Of a DNA stretch of 44,308 bases, positions 8,886 through 19,000 are shown piece after piece. Each line of letters opens with the position of its first letter. The first letter of the stretch is position 1. A program made the translations under genes and the position numbers. Where the stretch lies: sequence record DRR378314_2273; one strand, 5' to 3'. Below the pieces are notes generated by a model. That model was not told the DNA's origin. It saw nothing but the letters and a program-made list of their open reading frames with translations, and did no database searches.

Positions 8886-10988
8886 ATGATAAGAAGATCG
8901 CTTTTTGTTAAAAACAAAATAGTTTTAGGCCTAGCTGCTGCAACGCTTGGTTTATCTGCCGGTTCAGTTAATGCTGCTAATTTTGATGTTGGTGGCTTTG
9001 ACGTAACGTTTGATTCAAATTTTTCATATGGGCAAAGTATACGTGTCGAAGACCGTGACTTTTCTCATATAGGTAAAAGTAATAACCCTGCATTTAATTG
9101 GACAGGTTATAACTCTGCACTTAATCCAATTTACTCATCAGCAGATGTTTGGGCGCAAGACGGCGCTTATTCGAATAACGGCGATGCTGGAAACCTTAAT
9201 TTTGATAGCGGTGAGTCGTTCTCTAAATTATTAAAAGGAACACATGATCTATCAATAAGTAAAGATAATTACGGTCTCTTTACCCGCTTCATGTATTTTT
9301 ATGATTTTGAATTGATGGACGGTGATCGTGCTTACATCAATCCGACTTCTGGTTCTGGTGTTGACCCATGTGATGATGACAATACTAAAGAGCAAGTTTG
9401 TGCTGACTTTAGGTTACTAGATGCATACGTTTGGGCTAATTTTGACTTGAATGATGGCAATAACCCACTTTCAATTCGTTTAGGCCAACAAGTGGTTAAC
9501 TGGGGGGAAAGTACACTGATATCTCATGGTATCAATGTAAACCCTGTTGATATTGACCGTTTAAAAGCACCAGGCTCTGAGCTCAAAGAAGCATTTATTC
9601 CTGTAGGCATGCTTTGGGCTTCTTTAGGAATTACTGATAACATAAATCTTGAAGCGTTCTATCAGTATGACTGGCACGAGACACGTTTGCCTGTAGCTGG
9701 CAGTTATTTTTCTACCAATGATTTCGCATCAGAAAATGGCTATCAACAAAATATCCAATTAGGTTTTACTGCTAACCCTGATATTGACCTTGAGTTTTTG
9801 ACAAACAGTCTTAATTCACTGCAACAAAATTGGGTTGCTGCAGCCACTGCGCAGGGTATAAATCCGCAAAGTGCTGAAGGTCAAGCGCTACTTGCAAACA
9901 TGTATTTGGCTTACCCAACAAAAGTTGCTCTTAAGGGTAAAGGTAACGCGGGTAAAACTGACCCTGATAATGGTGGTCAATATGGCTTGCGTCTAGGTAT
10001 GTTCCTGCCAGAACTTAATGACACAGAAGTGGCACTATACCACATCAACTATCACAGTCGTCGTCCACTTATTTCTGGTAAAGTTTCAAACTTTACAGGT
10101 GAAGCAATTGGCGCTGATTTAGCAATGATTTTGTCTCCTGATGTAACAATTACAGAAGACAATGTGACTGATCTAAACGCGTTTACGCAAGGTCAATTAG
10201 TATATCCTGAAGATATTAAGTTATATGGTCTTAGCTTTAACACCTCTTTGGGTGAAACTGCATTTGCTGGTGAATTTACCTTCCGTGAAGATGAGCCACT
10301 CCAGATTGATGATGTAGAGTTACTGTATGCGGGTATGCCTGAGCAATTAGCTGTTGCGGGACTTCGTCCAGACCTTGCTGGCATCTCACAAATGAGTGAA
10401 GGCGATGCTACAAGCGTTGTAGGCCCTGGTGAAACAGCACAAGGTTATATTGAGCGTAATACAGCACAAATTCAATTTACCGCAACACACTTGTTTGGCC
10501 CGTCACTGGGTGCTGACAGCTGGGCTGTGGTGGGTGAAGTAGGTGGTGTTAGAATTAATGACATGCCAGAGTACGATGAGCTACGTCTGAATGTATCAGG
10601 TACTGGACGAAGTGGTGTAATTACAGGCCCAGGGTCTGTTGATTATTCTACTTTGCACCTAGGCCTTTCGAATGGGCCTGAAACAAACCCATTCCCAACA
10701 GCCTCTGCTTGGGGTTATCGTTTAATCGCAAAAGGTGATTATTATAACTTTTTCAAAGGTGTGAATTTTTCACCACGTTTTGTATTTTCTCATGACGTAA
10801 ATGGTATTACCCCTGATCCTATGTTTTTATTTATTGAAGATCGTAAATCATTGGGTATGACTATGAACTTTAACTATCAAAATGCGTGGTCATTTGACTT
10901 TAGTTACAATACGTTCTGGGGTGGCGGTCAAACAAATACTTTCTCTGACCGTGATTATGTTTCTTTCAATATTAAATATTCAATATAA
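8886..10988 (+). CDS. DUF1302-family outer-membrane beta-barrel protein
   Basis: Signal peptide ending VNA, N.DAGNLNF, LLDAYV, RLGQQVVNWGES, YPEDIKLYGLSFNT, C-terminal DRDYVSFNIKYSI; ATG 8886 after AAGGGG. Confidence 0.85.
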   Translation: MIRRSLFVKNKIVLGLAAATLGLSAGSVNAANFDVGGFDVTFDSNFSYGQSIRVEDRDFSHIGKSNNPAFNWTGYNSALNPIYSSADVWAQDGAYSNNGDAGNLNFDSGESFSKLLKGTHDLSISKDNYGLFTRFMYFYDFELMDGDRAYINPTSGSGVDPCDDDNTKEQVCADFRLLDAYVWANFDLNDGNNPLSIRLGQQVVNWGESTLISHGINVNPVDIDRLKAPGSELKEAFIPVGMLWASLGITDNINLEAFYQYDWHETRLPVAGSYFSTNDFASENGYQQNIQLGFTANPDIDLEFLTNSLNSLQQNWVAAATAQGINPQSAEGQALLANMYLAYPTKVALKGKGNAGKTDPDNGGQYGLRLGMFLPELNDTEVALYHINYHSRRPLISGKVSNFTGEAIGADLAMILSPDVTITEDNVTDLNAFTQGQLVYPEDIKLYGLSFNTSLGETAFAGEFTFREDEPLQIDDVELLYAGMPEQLAVAGLRPDLAGISQMSEGDATSVVGPGETAQGYIERNTAQIQFTATHLFGPSLGADSWAVVGEVGGVRINDMPEYDELRLNVSGTGRSGVITGPGSVDYSTLHLGLSNGPETNPFPTASAWGYRLIAKGDYYNFFKGVNFSPRFVFSHDVNGITPDPMFLFIEDRKSLGMTMNFNYQNAWSFDFSYNTFWGGGQTNTFSDRDYVSFNIKYSI

Positions 10989-10998
10989 GGGTATCATC

Positions 10999-12363
10999 AT
11001 GATAAAAAAACCTACCCTCATCGCACTAGCAGTGTGTGGCTTGTTCGCTACAAACGCTTCTTTTGCTAAAATGACAAGTGAAGAAGTTGCTCGTTTAGGC
11101 AATGATTTGACGCCAGTGGGCGCAGAAAAGGCAGGTAATGCTGATGGTTCTATTCCAGCATGGACTGGCGGAATAACAAAGGCCCCAGCAGGTTATTCGC
11201 CGGGTATGCACCACATAGATCCGTTTGCAGACGATAAAGTATTATTTACAATCGATAAATCAAATCTAGCTAAGTACAAAGAACATCTTAGCCCAGGCCA
11301 AGTTGCATTATTCGAAGCGTATCCTGATACCTTCAAAATGAATATATATAAAACGCACCGTAGCGCTTCAAACCCACAATTTGTGTATGATGCTACCAAA
11401 GAATATGCACCTACAGCCGAGTTAATTGAAGGCGGTAATGGTATTAAGAATACGGCAATTGGTATTCCGTTTCCAATTCCAAAAGATGGTTTAGAAGCTA
11501 TTTGGAATCACTTACTTCGTTATCGCGGATTATCGATTGAACGTTTTGGTGGTCAAGCTGCACCGACTGCTTCAGGTTCATACAACATGGTTGGCTTCGA
11601 TGAGCAGTTACTTGTTAAGTACTCAGATCCAGAAGCGACCCCAGCAGAGTTGCAAGAATCTAATATTTTGTTCAAGTTTAAACAAAAAGTAACACAGCCA
11701 GCACGTTTAGCAGGTACTGCATTACTTGTACATGAAACTATGGACCAAATATTAACTCCTCGTCAGGCATGGACATACAACTCAGGACAACGCCGTGTTC
11801 GTCGCGCACCGAATGTTGCTTATGATGCGCCGGGTACAGCTGCTGATAGCCTTCGTACAACGGATGACTTTGATATGTTTAACGGTTCTCCAAACCGTTA
11901 CACGTGGACGCTAAAAGGTAAGCAAGAACTGTATATTCCGTACAACAGTTACAAGCTGCACAGTGATAAGCTAGAGTACGATGATATTCTGATGGCCGGT
12001 CATATTAATCCTGAACACGTTCGTTATGAAAAACACCGTGTTTGGGTTGTTGAAGCAAACTTAAAAGAAGACACTCGACATATTTATAAAAAGCGTGTTT
12101 TTTATATTGATGAAGACAGCTGGCAAATACACGTAACCGATATTTATGATAATCGTGACCAAATGTATCGAGTTGGTATGGCGCATGGTTTAAATTATTA
12201 TGATGCGCTTACAAACTGGAGCACGCTAGATGTTTATCACGATCTTAACTCTCGTCGTTACCTTGCAATTGGTTTAGATAACCAAGAAAAAATGTATGAT
12301 TTCTCAAAATCATTCAACGATAATGAGTTTACGTCTAACGCATTACGCCGCGCTGGTCGTTAA
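10999..12363 (+). CDS. DUF1329-family periplasmic protein (predicted LolA-like fold)
   Basis: Signal peptide, LTPVGAEKAGNADGSIPAWTGG, PFPIPKDGLEAIWNH, AWTYNSGQRRVRRAP, RHIYKKRVFYIDEDSW; ATG 10999 after AAGGG. Confidence 0.9.
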   Translation: MIKKPTLIALAVCGLFATNASFAKMTSEEVARLGNDLTPVGAEKAGNADGSIPAWTGGITKAPAGYSPGMHHIDPFADDKVLFTIDKSNLAKYKEHLSPGQVALFEAYPDTFKMNIYKTHRSASNPQFVYDATKEYAPTAELIEGGNGIKNTAIGIPFPIPKDGLEAIWNHLLRYRGLSIERFGGQAAPTASGSYNMVGFDEQLLVKYSDPEATPAELQESNILFKFKQKVTQPARLAGTALLVHETMDQILTPRQAWTYNSGQRRVRRAPNVAYDAPGTAADSLRTTDDFDMFNGSPNRYTWTLKGKQELYIPYNSYKLHSDKLEYDDILMAGHINPEHVRYEKHRVWVVEANLKEDTRHIYKKRVFYIDEDSWQIHVTDIYDNRDQMYRVGMAHGLNYYDALTNWSTLDVYHDLNSRRYLAIGLDNQEKMYDFSKSFNDNEFTSNALRRAGR

Positions 12364-12372
12364 ATAAAAGAC

Positions 12373-12401
12373 AGGCACCTAATGTTTATTAGGTGCCTTT
12401 T
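12373..12401 (+). terminator. Intra-cluster hairpin/terminator after DUF1329
   Basis: AGGCACCTAAT-gttt-ATTAGGTGCCT-TTT. Confidence 0.75.
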
Positions 12402-12491
12402 ATCAATTCACGTTTGTCTTTCTGACACACACTGGTTTTTCCATTTGCACGATTGATGACAAACTTACTCTCCTCAAGGCGATTTTAATAT

Positions 12492-13493
12492 ATGAAGTAT
12501 TTGCTTTATGCGGGGTTAACCACCTTGGCCTTTCTTACATTTATTGTTTCGGCAGCAACGCCACGTCCTGCTATTAGTGCAGCTAAAGCACAAGAAACGC
12601 TTTTAACTGATATTGAATTCAATGGCGAAAAAATCGTCGCAGTTGGTAAGCACGGCACAATTGTTACCAGTAAAGATGCAATTAAATGGGACCAAGCTTT
12701 CGTACCTACCCAAGTATTACTCACTGCTGTTGATTTTATTGACGGTCAAGTTGGCTGGGCTTGTGGTCATGATGCCACCATTATTCATTCACTGGATGGA
12801 GGGGCTAACTGGCAATTACAACAAGTCAATGAGCAATTAGATAAACCGTGTTTAGATATTATGTTTACTGACAATTTAAATGGGTATGCAGTTGGCGCCT
12901 ATGGCATGTTTTATGAAACATCAGATGGCGGTAAACAGTGGAACAAACGATTTTTATCGTCACTATTGCATGAAGATGATAGAGATTATCTTGCTGATCT
13001 TAAAGAAACTGATCCAGAAGGTTATGAGATTGAAACAAGCTCTATTTTACCGCACTTCAATAGAATAGTAGCTACTGAAAATGAGCTTATTATTGTTGGT
13101 GAAATGGGCTTGATGGCGCGTAGTTCAGATAATGGAAAAACTTGGCATCGCGACGACGAAATCTATCCAGGTTCATTTTTCGCCTATGCAAAAAATGATC
13201 AAGAGCAGGCATTAGTCGCAGGCTTAAGAGGTAACATCTTTACCCGAACAGCGACTGAGCCGTGGGTGCACTTAAAAAATAATAAAACAGCTACAGTGAA
13301 CAGTATTTTAGACATGGGTAAACAAGGTTGGTTACTACTTGCTAATAGTGGTGTTATTTTTCACTTAAAAAATAACAAGCTACAAGTTGAACAATTACCA
13401 AATGGTAAATCAATACTAGATGCAGTTATCTTTAAAGATCAACTTATTATGGCATCTGAAGATGGGATTAAAGTGAAGGGGATTACTCCGTAA
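12492..13493 (+). CDS. YCF48/BNR (Asp-box) repeat beta-propeller, exported
   Basis: Repeated SxDGGxxW Asp boxes (SLDGGANW, TSDGGKQW, SSDNGKTW), AVGxxG repeats, N-terminal signal/anchor. Confidence 0.88.
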   Translation: MKYLLYAGLTTLAFLTFIVSAATPRPAISAAKAQETLLTDIEFNGEKIVAVGKHGTIVTSKDAIKWDQAFVPTQVLLTAVDFIDGQVGWACGHDATIIHSLDGGANWQLQQVNEQLDKPCLDIMFTDNLNGYAVGAYGMFYETSDGGKQWNKRFLSSLLHEDDRDYLADLKETDPEGYEIETSSILPHFNRIVATENELIIVGEMGLMARSSDNGKTWHRDDEIYPGSFFAYAKNDQEQALVAGLRGNIFTRTATEPWVHLKNNKTATVNSILDMGKQGWLLLANSGVIFHLKNNKLQVEQLPNGKSILDAVIFKDQLIMASEDGIKVKGITP

Positions 13494-15814
13494 TGCAAGG
13501 GATATTAGATTTCTTAGAAAAAGCGGTGTTTCGTCATCGATTAATCATGCTCATCAGTTTTGTATTGTTAACATGCATACTTGCCTTTAAAGCAACTCAT
13601 ATTCAACTAGATGCTTCTTTTAATAAAAACATACCATTGAATCATGACTACATGAAAGTGTATTTGAAACATGAGAAGCAATTCGGTGGTGCAAATAGCA
13701 TTTTGATTTCTGTTTGTGATGATAGTGGCAACATATTTAACCCTGACTTTTTCACGCAGTTGAAAGCAGTCCACGATCAGCTTTATTTTATACCAGGTGT
13801 TAATCGACCTCTTGTAAACTCTATATTCTCGCCAAGTGCGCGTTTTGTTGAAGTTGTTGAGGATGGTTTTGCTGGTGGCCCAATTATTCCCGCAAACTTT
13901 AAAGCAGATCAACAAGGCTTAGCGGTAGTTAAGCAAAATATTGAGAAAGCGAAAGTTGTTGGTCGAATGATCGCGTCTGATTATTCGTGCGCTATGGTAA
14001 GTGCGCAGTTATTAGAAACAGATCCTCAGACACAAGAGAAGCTAGACACTTTAGCTTTCGCTGAAAAGCTTGAGTCTCAAATTCGTGAGCCACTAAGCAC
14101 TGAGAATGTCAGTATACATATTATTGGCTTTGCTAAAATGGCAGGTGATATTGCTGAAGGTGCCAAAGGGGTTGTGCTGTTTTTCGCAATCGCTATTGCC
14201 TTTACTTTTATCATGGTTTGGTTATTTTGTGGCAGCCTTAAACTGACTGTATTACCTATTGCTTGCTCGATCATTGCGGTTGTTTGGCAGTTAGGGTTAT
14301 TGTCAAGTCTTGGTTTTGGTCTGGACCCAATGTCAATTCTGGTGCCGTTCTTAGTCTTTGCCATTGGCGTGAGTCATGGTGTGCAAATGATTAATGCAAT
14401 TGGCAAGAAAGTGGCGCAGGGTAAAGCAACGCGCGTTTGCTGTCAGTCAAGCTTCAGAGCATTACTTGTACCCGGAGGTATTGCATTACTTTCAGATACA
14501 GTCGGTTTCCTAACCTTGCTGACGATTGATATTGGTATCATCCGAGAGCTTGCGATTACGGCTAGCTTAGGTGTCGCGGTTATCATTTTTACAAATTTAA
14601 TATTGCTTCCTGTGTGGGCGTCATACATGCGCTTTGAAAACACAGTGCACATTCAATCAGGCAACACTGATAAACCCAATACGTTAGATAAACTACGTGA
14701 GTTACTGGTTAAGGCAACAGATCCTAAAATTGCTAAAATCATCATAGCATTCACTTTAGTAATTTTTGCATTGGGTTACTGGCAAGCAGATAAAATGCGA
14801 ATTGGTGATTTACATGCAGGCGCACCTTCATTGCACCAAGATGCTCGCTATAACCAAGATACCTTTTTGATATCGAACAAATACACAATTTCTTCGGATA
14901 TTTTGAAGGTATTGGTTGAAGCTTATCCTGCCGCATGTACAGATCATGATGTGATGCAACGGATCAGTCGTTTTCAATATAAGGTTGAAAATTTAGCAGG
15001 CGTACAATCTGCGGTTAGCTTAAGTTCAGTCGCGCAGTCTGTTAATGCCGGATACAACGAGGGTAATTTGAAGTGGCAAACATTACCGCGTAATACGGCA
15101 AGTTTGGTTCAAGCAAGTGCACGAGTTGAAACAAGCACTGGCCTGCTCAATGGTGACTGCTCGGTGATGCCTGTGATTATATTCTTAGATGATCATAAAG
15201 CTGAAACTATCGACAATGTTATTAGCAAGGTTAAGGAGTTTGCTGTGCAAGAGCAAACCGATAAACTACAGTTTAAGTTAGCATCAGGTCCTGTGGGTGT
15301 TATGGCGGCAACCAATGAATCAGTCGCAGCTGCGCAATTACCTATGATGATATATGTATATGGTGCTGTAATTATTTTATGTCTGATTAGTTTTAAAAGT
15401 GTTAAAGCGACTATTGCTGTTGTGTTACCGCTTTATATTGTATCTACTCTTGCACAGGCCTTAATGGTACAACTGCAAATTGGGTTAACAGTATCTACAT
15501 TACCGGTAATAGCGTTAGGTGTGGGTATAGGTGTCGATTATGGAATTTATATTTTGTCATCAATGATGGGGCAACTTAAGCAAGGTGTTTCTCTACCTAC
15601 AGCTTACCGTAATGCATTGGTAGAAAGGGGCAGTGCCGTATTGTTCACAGGTATTACCTTAGCGATTGGTGTAAGTACATGGATTTTCTCTGATCTTAAG
15701 TTCCAAGTTGATATGGGTATTCTTCTAACCTTTATGTTCTTGGTGAATATGCTCGGTGCTGTGCTGTTATTACCAGCGATAGGCAGCCTGCTCTGGACCG
15801 ACCAGAAAAAATAA
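13493..15814 (+). CDS. RND-superfamily (MMPL-like) inner-membrane transporter
   Basis: 773 aa, two TM+periplasmic-domain repeats, FGGAN, GIGVDYGIY; TAATG overlap with the upstream gene. Confidence 0.9.
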   Translation: MQGILDFLEKAVFRHRLIMLISFVLLTCILAFKATHIQLDASFNKNIPLNHDYMKVYLKHEKQFGGANSILISVCDDSGNIFNPDFFTQLKAVHDQLYFIPGVNRPLVNSIFSPSARFVEVVEDGFAGGPIIPANFKADQQGLAVVKQNIEKAKVVGRMIASDYSCAMVSAQLLETDPQTQEKLDTLAFAEKLESQIREPLSTENVSIHIIGFAKMAGDIAEGAKGVVLFFAIAIAFTFIMVWLFCGSLKLTVLPIACSIIAVVWQLGLLSSLGFGLDPMSILVPFLVFAIGVSHGVQMINAIGKKVAQGKATRVCCQSSFRALLVPGGIALLSDTVGFLTLLTIDIGIIRELAITASLGVAVIIFTNLILLPVWASYMRFENTVHIQSGNTDKPNTLDKLRELLVKATDPKIAKIIIAFTLVIFALGYWQADKMRIGDLHAGAPSLHQDARYNQDTFLISNKYTISSDILKVLVEAYPAACTDHDVMQRISRFQYKVENLAGVQSAVSLSSVAQSVNAGYNEGNLKWQTLPRNTASLVQASARVETSTGLLNGDCSVMPVIIFLDDHKAETIDNVISKVKEFAVQEQTDKLQFKLASGPVGVMAATNESVAAAQLPMMIYVYGAVIILCLISFKSVKATIAVVLPLYIVSTLAQALMVQLQIGLTVSTLPVIALGVGIGVDYGIYILSSMMGQLKQGVSLPTAYRNALVERGSAVLFTGITLAIGVSTWIFSDLKFQVDMGILLTFMFLVNMLGAVLLLPAIGSLLWTDQKK

Positions 15815-15832
15815 TGTGAATATTTTTGCTCC

Positions 15833-15856
15833 TAAATGGCCGTAATAGGCCATTTA
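15833..15856 (+). terminator. Hairpin after the RND gene, probable weak terminator
   Basis: TAAATGGCC-gtaata-GGCCATTTA; poor U-tract. Confidence 0.55.
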
Positions 15857-16026
15857 TATCTATATTTTGTGAATAGATGACCAAATAGCTGAAATGCTTA
15901 AAATGTTTTCATCGAAAGGGCTGTTTATTAGCTGTAAAAGGGTTAGAATTTACCTGACTCCACACAATTAAATTGCTGTACACATATTCTATCCAGTAAG
16001 GGTAGTAATAGATTAAGGAACATACA

Positions 16027-19000
16027 ATGACACGAAATGAAGGGCAAGCCTCGGTTATCTTAGATAATGTCTGCAAGCTGATCCAGAAAAAAGTTCACGC
16101 TGATAATGTGTTACTCGTTGAGAAATTCGCCAAAGCCTTGTACAGCAATATGTCTAAAGAGGATTTGGCAAATCGCAATGATAGTGACTTATATGGCGCT
16201 GCACTAAGCCTATGGAATTCGCTAGAAAAAAATACCTCTGATAATGCGGTCATCCGTGTTTTCAATCCAGAAGTAGCTAAAGATGGTTGGCAGTCATCGC
16301 ATACAATCGTTGAAATTATAGCTAAAGACATGCCGTTTTTAGTTGATTCTGTTCGTATGGCTATGAGCCGTGCAAACATTGCATCTCACTTACTTCTGCA
16401 TTCTCCATTAAAAGTTAAACGCAATAATGAAGGTCAAATTGCTGCAATCTCAAACCTAAAAGCAGATCAAGAATCAACTTCTACAAAAACTGTTTTCTTT
16501 ATTGAGATTGACCGCCAAACAGATTCTGATGTTATTGATTCGTTCAAACGAGAGCTAGAATCAGTTTTGGTTGATGTGTCTACCGCTGTAGAAGATTGGC
16601 AACCAATACGCGAGAAACTTATTGCTGTAAGTAAAGAGTTACCAGACAGAAAACAGCACACCAACGAAATTGAAGTTGCAGAAACTGTTGAGTTTTTAGA
16701 TTGGCTGGTAAAAGATAACTTTACTTTAATGGGATACCGTCAATACGACTTACAACCCGTTCAAGGTGATTACCAGTTAAAAGGTAAAATGGAAACAAGC
16801 CTAGGCTTGATGAAAAACGTAACAGACGATCACACTCGTTTATTGTCAGAGTTACCTGAAGTTGCACGCCAAGAAGCACGTAGTAGTAATTTACTGATTC
16901 TAACTAAAACTAATTCTCTTTCTCGTGTACACCGCCCAGCCTATATTGACTATGTGGGTGTGAAGCGTTTTGACGACGAAGGTAATGTAATAGGTGAAGA
17001 CCGTTTTATCGGTTTATTCTCATCTAGTTTTTATAATAACAGTGCCGCTGATGTTCCTGTTTTAAAAAGTAAAATAAACCGCATAATGGAAATGTGTGAT
17101 TTTGCCCAAGGCACTCATGCATATAAAGCAGTATTAAATATTTTAGAAACTTATCCACGTGATGAATTAGTACAAGCACGCGAGAGTGAACTTCTTGAAG
17201 TCGCAATGGGTGTACTTCAAGTACAAGAGCGCGATATGTGTCGCCTTTTTGTGCGTAAAGATGCCTATGGCCGCTTTTTCTCATGCATGGTTTATGTTCC
17301 TCGTGAACGATATAACACCGCACTTCGCCGTGAAACACAAACTATCTTAGCTAATGCATTTAATTCTGATGAAAAAGTTGAATTTACTACTTTCTTCTCA
17401 GAGTCTACCTTAGCCCGTACTCATTACACTGTGCGTGTAAATAACAACGATATCGAATTTAAAGTGAAAGACATAGAAAATAATTTAATCGAAGCGGCCC
17501 GCACATGGGAAGACAAACTCCAATCTGCTCTTCTTGAGTCAGCAGGTGAGTCTCGAGGTAATGACCTTAACCGTAAATACAGCAACTCTTTTGCCCGTTC
17601 ATACAAAGATGAAGTTTTACCAAGCGCAGCGGTTGTTGATATTGAAAAGCTTGAAATGCTTAATGACGAAAACAAGCTCGAAATGTTGTTTTACCGTCCT
17701 CAAGAAGAAGCTAACACAAATATTGTACGCCTGAGTTTATTCCATAAAGACGAGCCAATTCATTTATCAGATGTTATGCCAATGCTTGAGAACTTTGGCT
17801 TACGCGTTATTGGTGAAACTCCTTATTCTGTTAAGACTAACGATGGTCGTATCAATTGGATCATGGACTTCTCAATGCTTCTTGATAGCCAAGGCGTTGC
17901 TGATTTTGACAAGGTGTCGGCGCGTTTTCGTGCAGCATTAACTAATGTATGGGCTAACCGCCTTGAAAACGATGGGTTCAACCGCTTGGTTCTAATGGGT
18001 GGGCTGACAGGCCGTGAAGCATCAATTTTACGTGCTTATGCTAAGTATATGCGCCAAATCGGTGTAACATTCTCACAAACTTATATCGAAAGCACTTTTT
18101 CGAATTACCCACACATAGCAACGCAGATCGTTAATTTGTTTGCGAAAAAATTCTCAGTTAAAAGCCCTGCAAGTAGCAAGACACTGGATAAACTAATCTC
18201 GCAAATTTATCTTGAACTTGAAAACGTTGCTAATTTGGATGATGACCGTATCATTCGACTATACGTTGACATGATAATTGCAACGCTTCGTACTAACTAC
18301 TTCCAAAAAGATGATACTGGCACGTTTAAGTCTTACGTATCATTTAAAGTACAGCCAAGCTTAATTCCAGATATGCCTTTACCATTACCGGCATTCGAAA
18401 TATTTGTTTACTCGCCACGTGTAGAAGGTGTTCATTTACGTGGTGGTAAAGTAGCGCGTGGTGGTTTACGTTGGTCTGACCGTCGTGAAGATTTCCGTAC
18501 TGAAGTACTGGGTTTAGTTAAAGCACAACAAGTAAAAAATACTGTTATTGTGCCGGTTGGTTCTAAAGGTGGTTTTGTTTGTAAACAACTACCGACTGAG
18601 CGCGATGCGTTCTTTAAAGAAGGCCAAGAGTGTTACAAAATTTTCATTCGCGGTTTATTAGATATTACAGATAACATTATTCAGGGTGAGATTGTTCCTC
18701 CTAAAGATGTTACTCGTCATGACGAAGATGATGCTTACCTTGTTGTAGCTGCCGATAAAGGAACTGCAACCTTCTCAGATATCGCCAATGGCATTGCCAA
18801 TGAGTATAACTTCTGGTTAGGAGATGCGTTTGCATCAGGTGGTTCAGTCGGTTATGACCATAAGAAAATGGGTATCACCGCAAAAGGTGCATGGGAGTCA
18901 GTTAAACGTCACTTCCGTGAAATGGACATAGATTGTCAATCAACCGATTTCACAGTGGTTGCTGTAGGTGATATGGCAGGTGATGTATTTGGTAATGGTA

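Noticed and set aside
15894-15971. 25-codon ORF (MLKMFSSKG...) upstream of gdhB as a possible leader peptide
   Set aside because: No SD, no amino-acid enrichment, no attenuator, and it overlaps a likely TAGAAT -10 element.
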